NCBI RefSeq assembly: GCF_900187275.1
Contig: NZ_LT906458.1
Coordinates: 1,620,001-1,652,000 of the forward strand
Source: Pasteurella multocida
GTDB taxonomy: Bacteria > Pseudomonadota > Gammaproteobacteria > Enterobacterales > Pasteurellaceae
DNA: 32,000 nt
Reading direction: 5' to 3'
This document shows positions 16,153 to 23,765 of the stretch, one piece after another; positions within the stretch are counted from its first letter, which is position 1; each line of letters begins with the position of its first letter. A model generated the notes under the pieces. That model made no database searches. It had not been told where the DNA came from and saw nothing but the letters and a program-made list of their open reading frames with translations. The position numbers and the translations under genes were made by a program.

Positions 16153-16219
16153 TACTGTTGATTATATTTTCTAACAGTAGGTCATATTTTCTCACTGTTA
16201 GATTATATGGTTTACAGTA
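16153..16219 (-). promoter_or_regulatory. twin 25-bp operators ACTGT-N15-ACAGT, each enclosing a TATAAT, upstream of alpA
   Basis: Minus strand: tACTGTaaaccaTATAATctaACAGTg (16194-16219) and tACTGTtagaaaaTATAATcaACAGTa (16153-16179). Both have identical arm spacing. Confidence 0.5.
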
Positions 16220-16252
16220 AAACAGATAATCAACTAAATGAATTTTAGGCAA

Positions 16253-16279
16253 TAAAAAAGCCGATCTATTGAATCGGCT
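16253..16279 (-). terminator. Rho-independent terminator of the 201-aa gene
   Basis: AGCCGAT-CTATTGA-ATCGGCT preceded by an A-run, which gives a T-run on the minus strand. It lies directly after the stop at 16280. Confidence 0.65.
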
Positions 16280-16885
16280 CTAGTGGTTATTTTGATGCTT
16301 TTTCCTGTTTGGGTTTAAATCTCTAATCCATTCTTGGATAAGCCCTACGCTTTTTCTTATTCCTAACTCGCTCTTTATTTCATACGCAGTATCAAGTAAC
16401 GATTTTTTGCGGTATTTCCCCCATATTTCTTTTGCCAATATTCTAGCAGAGTTAATATTAGGATCTTCTGGCTTTGGTTTTCTTTTTGCTCTATTTTGTT
16501 TGGCTATTGCCACATTTGAGATTTCTAAAAGCTTTAACAATCTCTCATATTTACGAATAATAACGGCTATACTTAACAGGGATCTACCTTCAAAAAGTGC
16601 GTTCTCTCCATTTGCCACTATGTAAGAAATAGTATTTAATAAAAAACTTTTAAAGGAATTAGCTTCTATTTTATTAATAACACTATCTCTAAAATCTTTG
16701 AAAGTTTCAAAAATATCTTCATCATTATAATCTTTTACATGGTTAATAGCTTCGCTCAATCTCAATCTAATCTCATTTTCAGAACTATTTTTTATTTCGT
16801 CTAATTCCTTTATAACTTGAACATAATAATGCTCACAATAATCATCACGAGTGGCAAATTCTTTTTTATAAATATCACGCTCCAT
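16280..16885 (-). CDS. orphan alpha-helical protein (201 aa) with basic C-terminal HTH-like tail; accessory gene between int and alpA
   Basis: AT-rich monocistronic unit with its own terminator. No family recognised. C-terminal SLLDTAYEIKSELGIRKSVGLIQEWIRDL looks HTH-like. Confidence 0.55.
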   Translation of the reverse strand: MERDIYKKEFATRDDYCEHYYVQVIKELDEIKNSSENEIRLRLSEAINHVKDYNDEDIFETFKDFRDSVINKIEANSFKSFLLNTISYIVANGENALFEGRSLLSIAVIIRKYERLLKLLEISNVAIAKQNRAKRKPKPEDPNINSARILAKEIWGKYRKKSLLDTAYEIKSELGIRKSVGLIQEWIRDLNPNRKKHQNNH

Positions 16886-17126
16886 AAAACGTCCCTATAC
16901 GTTGCCCTATTTAGTTGGTGCGCAACAAAGAATAAATAGGGTTATTCTCTTTCGGCTCGGGTAATTAGTCCGCCCCTAGTTGCGCATATTTGGTTAAATA
17001 TTTCTCACTAAATTTAATCATATTTCACCATACTGTACAAGCACTGTATAAAAAGTTTATTTTCAGCACAACACAACCTCTTTTTAGCCCATTTACTGCC
17101 TCATTTCGTCAAAATCACCTAAAAAA

Positions 17127-17275
17127 ATAGGACCAAAACAGGTAAAAATAGGACCAAAATCACTAAAAATAGGACCAAAACAACTAAAAATAGGACCAGA
17201 TTTTATTTATTTTTTATATAACTCATTGTTTTTTATCTATATATTATTTTCTGGTCCTATTGGTCCTATAAAAAA
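17127..17275. repeat. second iteron array (crr-like), including a 90-bp near-identical copy of the ori core
   Basis: ATAGGACCA at 17127, 17148, 17169 and 17190, exactly 21-bp phased. Inverted GGTCCTAT at 17253 and 17262. 17186-17275 matches 8871-8960 with 2 mismatches seen. Confidence 0.65.
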
Positions 17276-17317
17276 TTTATACTCCTATTAAGAAAAGTTT
17301 TTTATGGTGTTGGTGGA

Positions 17318-17344
17318 AATAAAAAGGCTAAACAAATTAGCCTT
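17318..17344 (-). terminator. Rho-independent terminator of int
   Basis: AAGGCTAA-ACAAA-TTAGCCTT preceded by an A-rich run that gives TTTTTAT on the minus strand. It lies just 3' of the int stop. Confidence 0.6.
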
Positions 17345-17357
17345 TGAAAGAATAGTA

Positions 17358-18641
17358 TTAAGCCACAACCTTAAGATGTTTTGGTGGTGGAATAATTGGC
17401 TCTGGTGCTTGGCTTTCTACATAGTCCGCCCATTCTTGTAACATCACCGCCCTTTGTGAGAGATATAAAGATTTATCATAGGTTCTGCGGATCTGGTTTT
17501 TATCTTTATTTTGCTTGTGTGATAAGGCTCTTTCTATCCAGTCGGCTTTGTAGTCTTTCTCGTTTAATGACGTGCTGAATAAATGGCGTATGCCGTGCGT
17601 AGTGAGGCGATTTTCCCCTATACCCTTGATAATGGCTTTACGCATTGCCTCAATGCTTAAATGACCGCTTTTCACTGTTAAACTGGCAAATACAAATTCA
17701 CTCTCAATGCCAAGTACGGTGTGTAATTGTTGCATTTTATTAAATATCCCAATTGCTTGGCGTGATAGTGTTACTACGTGTTCTCGCCCCTCAGGTAGAT
17801 TTTTATTGCCCTTTTGGACTCGGTAGATCCACGTTTTCTCTTTGTAATGAATATCCGCCCATTTCGCTTTGGCGATTTCAGACGGTCGCCCACCAGTCAA
17901 TACCACCAGCATCACCGCATAAAATGAAAACGGATTAAAACGGTTTTCATCTCTTGCTCGGTAAAAGCCGTGTAAGAACTCGCTTAATTCTTCAGGGGTA
18001 ATGGTATTCATTCCCTTAGAGACTGGCTTATCAAATTCCTTGCCTATTTCTGCCAGCGGATTATGTGCAATCAATCCCCTATGAAGTGCGAACCGCATCA
18101 CATTGTTAAGATTGCCAATAATCTTTTTAACGGTTTCTAACTTGCCCTCTTTCTCTAGTGGTTTAAGCGCATTAATGGCGATAAGTGGCGTGATTTCTGA
18201 TATTGGATAATTGGCAAAGTGTGGGAGTAAATGACGTTCAAATAAAGCCCACGTATCTTTGGCGGTACGTTCTGAAAAGTTAGCCTTTATCTTTCTATCT
18301 TCAAACCACGCTTTAGCCATCTTCTCAAAGGTACGGCTTAGCTTATCCGCTTGTGCTTGTTCTTGTTGCTTACGGTAAGTTTGCGGATCGATATTATTCG
18401 CCAGCAAGGCATTAAATTCATCGCGCTTGGCTCTGGCTTGTGATAGTGATAAATCAGGGTAAGTACCCAAGCTAATTGTAGTGCGTTTCTTAGTGTAAGG
18501 CTGGGCGTATCTAAAACGCCATAATTTCGCCCTTTTACGTGATACTTCTAAAAATAGCCCGTCACCATCATATAGTGGCTTGCTTGTCGCTTTTGCGTTT
18601 TTAATCTCGCTGTCTGTTAGTTTCTTCACTAATCTAGCCAT
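17358..18641 (-). CDS. int: P4-family tyrosine integrase
   Basis: N-terminal arm-binding-type region (KLTDSEIKNAK...GDGLFLEV...KLWRFRY). C-terminal TTHGIRHLFSTS and a conserved Tyr region (RRTYDKSLY). It is adjacent to the tRNA 3' end. Confidence 0.9.
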   Translation of the reverse strand: MARLVKKLTDSEIKNAKATSKPLYDGDGLFLEVSRKRAKLWRFRYAQPYTKKRTTISLGTYPDLSLSQARAKRDEFNALLANNIDPQTYRKQQEQAQADKLSRTFEKMAKAWFEDRKIKANFSERTAKDTWALFERHLLPHFANYPISEITPLIAINALKPLEKEGKLETVKKIIGNLNNVMRFALHRGLIAHNPLAEIGKEFDKPVSKGMNTITPEELSEFLHGFYRARDENRFNPFSFYAVMLVVLTGGRPSEIAKAKWADIHYKEKTWIYRVQKGNKNLPEGREHVVTLSRQAIGIFNKMQQLHTVLGIESEFVFASLTVKSGHLSIEAMRKAIIKGIGENRLTTHGIRHLFSTSLNEKDYKADWIERALSHKQNKDKNQIRRTYDKSLYLSQRAVMLQEWADYVESQAPEPIIPPPKHLKVVA

Positions 18642-18688
18642 AAAAAAACTCCATGTAAAAAGAGTTATTTTTAGAAAGCCTACTCAAG

Positions 18689-18861
18689 ATAGTACTATTT
18701 TTTGAATGAGAGAATTATAGCACCAAACCCTTTCAAACCTTGTTATAAAAGGCTTTATGGAGCTTTTAGTACTATGATTTGAAAGTTTTATTTTCTCATT
18801 TTGGGAGTAAATAGTACTAAAATGGGTTCTTTCTAAAATTATAGTACTATTTATAGTACTA
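18689..18861. promoter_or_regulatory. five TAGTACTA(T/A) repeats between int and tRNA-Sec (candidate arm-type sites) plus the int promoter region
   Basis: Copies at about 18689, 18767, 18811, 18841 and 18853. The same motif occurs twice at the distal end (6723-6744). Confidence 0.45.
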
Positions 18862-18983
18862 AAAACTCGGGTTAGAATGAATAACTTTGATTAATTTTGC
18901 ACTATGTAAAATGGGATAAATCTTGATTTTATTGGTTTTTATTGATTATTTTGGTGAGGTTTGATTAAGATTAATTTATGGAT

Positions 18984-19078
18984 TGGCGGAGGAGAATGGG
19001 AGTCGAACCCACCCGAGATTGCTGGCAACCTCAACAGGATTTGAAGTCCTGCCGCTTCACCGGAAACGACGCTCCTCC
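18984..19078 (-). tRNA. selC: tRNA-Sec (UCA)
   Basis: The reverse complement reads GGAGGAGCGTCGTTTCCGGTGAAGCGGCAGGACTTCAAATCCTGTTGAGGTTGCCAGCAATCTCGGGTGGGTTCGACTCCCATTCTCCTCCGCCA. This gives 95 nt with a long acceptor stem, anticodon loop CTTCAAA (UCA), a long variable arm, GGTTCGACTCC T-loop and encoded CCA. It lies next to selA. Confidence 0.9.
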
Positions 19079-19269
19079 GTGCTAGAAGTCGTGAGCACTT
19101 TAACGCAAATACACAAGGGATTCAAGTAGGTAAGTAAAACTCAGGTAAAATTGACCGCACTTTTTTAACCGCCTCACAAAATTGGGCTTTCTTTTTGATT
19201 GCATACTGAATTTTCAACGAAAAACGAGTATGATTAAATCAATTTTGTGCGCAATAAAAAGGAATCCGA

Positions 19270-20652
19270 ATGTTGCTCTACTCTTCTCTTCCTTCCATTG
19301 ATAAATTGTTAAAAACGCCTGAAGGCGCTAGATTAAGTCATGAATTTGGGCATACTGCGGTAGTGAATATTTGTCGTCAATTGATTGAACAAGGGCGTGA
19401 ATACATCAAGAATGAAAATAAACTGCTCCCCGTTTTTCAAGATATCAGCGATACGTTACGTGAAATTGAACACCAGTTACACGCACAAAGCCAAGTGAAA
19501 ATACAATCCGTCCATAATCTGACCGGTACTATTCTACACACCAATCTTGGGCGTGCCTTATGGTCAGATGCTGCACAACACGCCGCCTTGACCGCAATGT
19601 CGCACAATGTGGCATTAGAATACGATTTGGAGGAAGGCAAACGGAGTCATCGTGATCATTATATTAGCGATCTCTTGTGCCAATTAACGGGGGCGGAAGC
19701 CGCCTGTATCGTCAATAACAATGCTGCAGCGGTGTTACTTATGCTAGCGACCTTTGCACAAGGCAAAGAAGTGATTATTTCTCGTGGTGAATTAATTGAA
19801 ATTGGCGGTGCTTTTCGCATTCCAGATATTATGCAACAAGCCGGTTGCAAATTGGTGGAAGTCGGCACAACCAATCGTACACATTTAAGCGATTATCGTC
19901 ACGCGATTAACGAAAATACTGCCTTTTTAATGAAAGTGCACAGCAGTAATTATCAAATCTGTGGTTTCACAAAGTCAGTAACAGAAGCAGAACTGGTAAC
20001 GTTAGCCAAAGAATTTAATCTACCAGTGATGACTGATTTAGGCAGTGGCGCATTAGTCGATTTAGCACAATATGGATTGCCGAAGGAACCGACCGTGCAA
20101 GAAAAATGGGCACAGGGTGTAGATTTGATTTCATTTTCTAGCGATAAACTACTGGGCGGACCACAAGCAGGTATTATTGTGGGCAAAAAAGTCTGGATTG
20201 ATCGCTTACAAACGCATCCTATTAAGCGTGCACTGCGCTGCGATAAAGTCATTCTGGCAGGATTAGAAGCCACGTTGCGTTTATATTTGCAACCAGAGAA
20301 ATTAAGCCAACACTTAACCACACTGCGCCTGTTAACACAACCAGTAGAAGCATTACATGAACAAGCCAAACAGCTCCAATCCGTATTACTGACAAAGTTA
20401 ACCACAGATTACAGTGTAGCTATCACCAATAGTGTGGCACAAATTGGCAGTGGCTCACAGCCCATGGCAACCATTCCTTCTGTCGCAGTCACCATTTCCA
20501 CTGAAAAAGCAGGAAAACTGACCGCACTTTTACAACGTTTTAAAGCTCTTCCACAGCCGATCATTTGCCGAGTAGAGAAAGAAAAAATTTGGTTAGATTT
20601 ACGTGGTTTAGCGGATATAGATAGTCTCCTCAAGACAATCATGCAGCTATAA
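19270..20652 (+). CDS. selA: L-seryl-tRNA(Sec) selenium transferase
   Basis: 460 aa. LPSIDKLL N-terminus and the PLP-lysine region [17 protein letters not shown] are typical of SelA. It lies adjacent to selC. Confidence 0.9.
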   Translation: MLLYSSLPSIDKLLKTPEGARLSHEFGHTAVVNICRQLIEQGREYIKNENKLLPVFQDISDTLREIEHQLHAQSQVKIQSVHNLTGTILHTNLGRALWSDAAQHAALTAMSHNVALEYDLEEGKRSHRDHYISDLLCQLTGAEAACIVNNNAAAVLLMLATFAQGKEVIISRGELIEIGGAFRIPDIMQQAGCKLVEVGTTNRTHLSDYRHAINENTAFLMKVHSSNYQICGFTKSVTEAELVTLAKEFNLPVMTDLGSGALVDLAQYGLPKEPTVQEKWAQGVDLISFSSDKLLGGPQAGIIVGKKVWIDRLQTHPIKRALRCDKVILAGLEATLRLYLQPEKLSQHLTTLRLLTQPVEALHEQAKQLQSVLLTKLTTDYSVAITNSVAQIGSGSQPMATIPSVAVTISTEKAGKLTALLQRFKALPQPIICRVEKEKIWLDLRGLADIDSLLKTIMQL

Positions 20653-20659
20653 AAAGCAA

Positions 20660-20677
20660 AAGGGGCATATGCCCCTT
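20660..20677 (-). terminator. hairpin terminator between convergent selA and the nucleoside hydrolase gene
   Basis: Perfect palindrome AAGGGGCAT/ATGCCCCTT. The T-run is better on the minus strand (TTGCTTTTT). Confidence 0.55.
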
Positions 20678-20687
20678 GCTTGGTGCG

Positions 20688-21626
20688 TTAACCAATACGT
20701 TGCAAAGCATCGTAAATCAAGCCCCAAAATTTCGCTTTATCCAGTTGCATTGCCACCTGTGTGTGACAATTTTCAGGAATCGGATAACGAAAATCTGCCA
20801 CCGTCATGCCCAATGTGTGAGTGCCTGTTAACTCAATATTGATGGGCACCACTTTCGTCGTACAAACCGTCGGATCAATCACATAAGCCACTGCGCAAGG
20901 ATCATGTACTGGCGGATAATCAAAATTTTGTGCTTGCTTATACATTTTGCGAAAAAACGCCAACAATTCGAGAACAAACTTAGCTGGTTTTGTTTGAATT
21001 TTTTCAATGTTTTTAATCACATCTTCTGTGGCTAAAGCTTGATGCGTCAGATCCAATCCCACCATAGTTAATAGCCATTTTTCATTGAACACAATATGTG
21101 CCGCCTCAGGATCGATCTTAATATTAAATTCCGCAACAGCACTCCAATTGCCTGTGTGATAGCCTCCCCCCATTAAGACAATTTCCTTCACGCGTTCCAC
21201 AATGCGAGGTTCTTTTCTCACCGCCATGGCAATATTCGTTAAACCACCGGTAGGCACCAACGTAATTGTTTTGGGCGGGTGGGTCATCACTAACTCAATA
21301 ATTAAATCGACGGCATGACGTGAATCTAAACTCAGTGTGGGTTCGGGCAAAACAGGTCCATCCATCCCCGATTCACCATGGATACTCGGTGCAACTTCTA
21401 CTTCTCGCACTAAAGGTCGCACACAACCTTTGGCAATAGGTACGTTAAGGATATTGGCTATTTCAGCTACTGCTAAAGCATTACGACTGACTTTTTCTAA
21501 CGTTTGATTACCCACCACAGTCGTGATTGCTAACAGATCAATTTCTGGATTGCCATGCGCTAACAGAATCGCAATGGCATCATCATGCCCTGGATCACAA
21601 TCTAGAATAATTTTTTTCATGTCCAT
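20688..21626 (-). CDS. ribonucleoside hydrolase (IUNH family, RihA/RihB-like)
   Basis: KIILDCDPGHDDAIAILLA aspartate cluster, GNQT, VLMGGG, AEFNI and VHDP blocks, collinear with E. coli RihA/RihB. The start may be the second ATG (21620). Confidence 0.85.
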   Translation of the reverse strand: MDMKKIILDCDPGHDDAIAILLAHGNPEIDLLAITTVVGNQTLEKVSRNALAVAEIANILNVPIAKGCVRPLVREVEVAPSIHGESGMDGPVLPEPTLSLDSRHAVDLIIELVMTHPPKTITLVPTGGLTNIAMAVRKEPRIVERVKEIVLMGGGYHTGNWSAVAEFNIKIDPEAAHIVFNEKWLLTMVGLDLTHQALATEDVIKNIEKIQTKPAKFVLELLAFFRKMYKQAQNFDYPPVHDPCAVAYVIDPTVCTTKVVPINIELTGTHTLGMTVADFRYPIPENCHTQVAMQLDKAKFWGLIYDALQRIG

Positions 21627-21840
21627 TCCTCTCCTACCTAGAATAACATCTTGTTTATCTTAATAATTTTCATTCAGCGTAGAGCTAATTGGGTTTGAGG
21701 ACAATCCTTTAAGCTCAAAACTGTGAATGAGATCACAACATAAGTGCCGCCTCATGAGGTGGCATAAGAGCGCAACAGAAAAAAGTTATTCATTTAAACG
21801 CTAAATGCTAAAATAAAAACAAAAGCATTGAGGATAAGAG

Positions 21841-23715
21841 ATGATTATTGTGACATCAGGCCATGTTGATCATGGTAAAACGGCTTTATTACAGGCTCTC
21901 ACTGGCACCCATACCGCACATTTACCCGAAGAAAAAAAGCGCGGTATGACCATTGACTTGGGTTATGCTTACTTGCCTTTAGAAAAAAACGGAAAAATCG
22001 ACCGCACTTTAGGCTTTATTGATGTGCCGGGGCATGAAAAGTTTCTCGTTAATATGCTCGCTGGCTTAGGTGGTATTCATTATGCGATGCTCATTGTGGC
22101 AGCAGATGAAGGTGTGCAAGCACAAACTCTAGAACACTTGGCAATTTTACGTTTATTGCAATTAGAGCACATTCTTATCGTTATCACCAAAGCAGATCGC
22201 GCAACATCACCGCAAATTGAACAACTTTCACAACAATTAAAAGCGAATCATCCCATTTTAGCCAATTCACCTGTTTTTATCACTTCGGCTAAAACCGAAC
22301 AAGGTATTGATGAATTACGTAACTATCTTGCTAAGTTACCTAATTTAGCGGATTCCAATAAACCCTTTCGTTATGCTATCGATCGCGTATTTAGCGTAAA
22401 AGGGGTAGGTACCGTCGTAACCGGCACTGCATTTAGTGGACGTGTACAAATCGATGATGAACTGTTGTTATCCAATGGTCAGACCGTACGTATTAAAAAT
22501 ATTCATAGCCAAAATCAACAAACCAATGTGGGTAACGCAGGGGAACGCTTAGCATTAAATCTGAATGTGGATTTAGATCGCATCACCATTGAGCGCGGAG
22601 ATTGGTTACTTTCTCAACAACCCTTGCCACCAACATCACGTATCACCGTGCTGCTCAATGCGGAAACTACCTTACAAGAAAGTCAGCCTATCCATCTCTA
22701 TCATGCCAGTGCGCGAACAACGGGTAAGCTAAATTTACTGCAACACAAAACCCTTTTGCCTGCACAACAAGGTTTAGCAGAAATCATTTTAGAAAAGCCA
22801 TTGTTCTTAGCTTATGCTGATAAACTCATTTTACGTAGTGGCGATGCCAAACATCTGGTCGCAGGTGCGAAAGTTATTGAGATTAATTCGCCCAAGCGCC
22901 ACAAGCGAACTGAACAACGGTTAGATTTCGTATATGCTTTACAGCAAGCCAAAACTACCACTGAACGCACCACACTTTATCTACAAAATAAAGCTGTTGA
23001 TGCTCAAACGTTGATGTGGACGGAGCAATTAAATGCAGAGCAGCTCGCTGAGATCGTCGCGACCAATCAGCAAGTGCGTTTTCAGGATTGGATCTTTAAC
23101 GCAGATTATCAACAACAACAAACCGAGAAATTATTGACCGCACTTGCGCAATATCACCAAAATCATAATGACCAACTGGGTATCAGTAAGGCTCGTTTAT
23201 ATCGGATTGCAACCCTGAACCAACCCGAAAAATTGATGTATCACTTCCTAGAAGCATGTTTGGCTAAGGGGCAATTACAACAGACACGCGGCTGGCTACA
23301 TTTACCTGAACACAAAATCCAATTTTCAGAGGACGAACAAGCACTATGGCAAGCGGTACTGGAACAATTTGAACAACAGCATGGGCACCCCCTTTGGGTG
23401 CGTGATCTCGCCAATGTGTTAGGGCAAGACGAAAGCGCAATGCGAAATTTTCTCTATAAAGCGGGGAAATTGGGTTACCTGACACCGATTGTCAAAGATC
23501 GTTTTTTCCTCACAGAAACGCTCTACGCTTATTCACGTTTAGTAAAACAATTCATTGCAGAGCACGGCGCGATTTCAGTCAATCAACTCCGTGATGAGCT
23601 TCAATTCGGACGTAAATTGGTTGTACAGCTGATTGAATATTTCGATCGTTGTGGTTTTTTGCGCCGCAAAGGAAATATTCACGTATTACGTGATAGTGAC
23701 GTATTTGATTTGTAA
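21841..23715 (+). CDS. selB: selenocysteine-specific elongation factor SelB
   Basis: G-domain GHVDHGKT, DVPGHEKF and TKAD, with a long C-terminal winged-helix extension. 624 aa. GAGGA lies upstream. Confidence 0.9.
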   Translation: MIIVTSGHVDHGKTALLQALTGTHTAHLPEEKKRGMTIDLGYAYLPLEKNGKIDRTLGFIDVPGHEKFLVNMLAGLGGIHYAMLIVAADEGVQAQTLEHLAILRLLQLEHILIVITKADRATSPQIEQLSQQLKANHPILANSPVFITSAKTEQGIDELRNYLAKLPNLADSNKPFRYAIDRVFSVKGVGTVVTGTAFSGRVQIDDELLLSNGQTVRIKNIHSQNQQTNVGNAGERLALNLNVDLDRITIERGDWLLSQQPLPPTSRITVLLNAETTLQESQPIHLYHASARTTGKLNLLQHKTLLPAQQGLAEIILEKPLFLAYADKLILRSGDAKHLVAGAKVIEINSPKRHKRTEQRLDFVYALQQAKTTTERTTLYLQNKAVDAQTLMWTEQLNAEQLAEIVATNQQVRFQDWIFNADYQQQQTEKLLTALAQYHQNHNDQLGISKARLYRIATLNQPEKLMYHFLEACLAKGQLQQTRGWLHLPEHKIQFSEDEQALWQAVLEQFEQQHGHPLWVRDLANVLGQDESAMRNFLYKAGKLGYLTPIVKDRFFLTETLYAYSRLVKQFIAEHGAISVNQLRDELQFGRKLVVQLIEYFDRCGFLRRKGNIHVLRDSDVFDL

Positions 23716-23717
23716 AA

Positions 23718-23745
23718 ACGGTGAGTGAAACGCTCACCGTTTATT
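23718..23745 (+). terminator. Rho-independent terminator after selB (probably bidirectional)
   Basis: ACGGTGAG-TGAAACG-CTCACCGT followed by TTATT, with AAAA on the other side. Confidence 0.6.
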
Positions 23746-23765
23746 AGCCATACTCAGCATAGTGC

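Larger units (their letters stand above)
6647..18983 (-). mobile_element. phage-satellite-like integrative island (PICI/P4-family features) inserted at the tRNA-Sec 3' end
   Basis: The integrase lies adjacent to the tRNA 3' end. alpA-like, Rha, TerS-like, Icd-like and primase-helicase genes all lie on one strand. Iteron arrays are present, and an att copy sits at the distal end. Confidence 0.75.

Noticed and set aside
16153-16219. CTGT...ACAG dyads looked like LexA (SOS) boxes
   Set aside because: The arms are separated by 15 nt rather than the canonical 8 nt (CTGT-N8-ACAG). I kept them as operators for an unknown regulator, not LexA.
4232-19078. Searched the insertion for transposases, IS termini, reverse transcriptase (retron), cas genes, restriction-modification methyltransferase motifs and toxin-antitoxin pairs of known families
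   Set aside because: None were recognised by eye. The only known defence-type family seen is Abi_2/HEPN, so novelty claims rest on the GNAT-ASCH/ASCH pair and the 201-aa orphan.
19437-20642. Antisense ORFs inside selA; the same situation applies to ORFs antisense to rseA, rseC, mobB, mdtD, dmsA/B/C, mgtC, the PTS gene, int, the primase gene and Rha
   Set aside because: They lie entirely within well-supported genes on the opposite strand, are Cys/Ser/Arg-rich as is typical of antisense frames, and lack start context.
21745-21764. Hairpin in the selB leader as a SECIS-like autoregulatory element
   Set aside because: The loop and bulge features of the known SelB-binding SECIS (GGUC-type apical loop, bulged U) are not present. 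It is retained only as a low-interest note.
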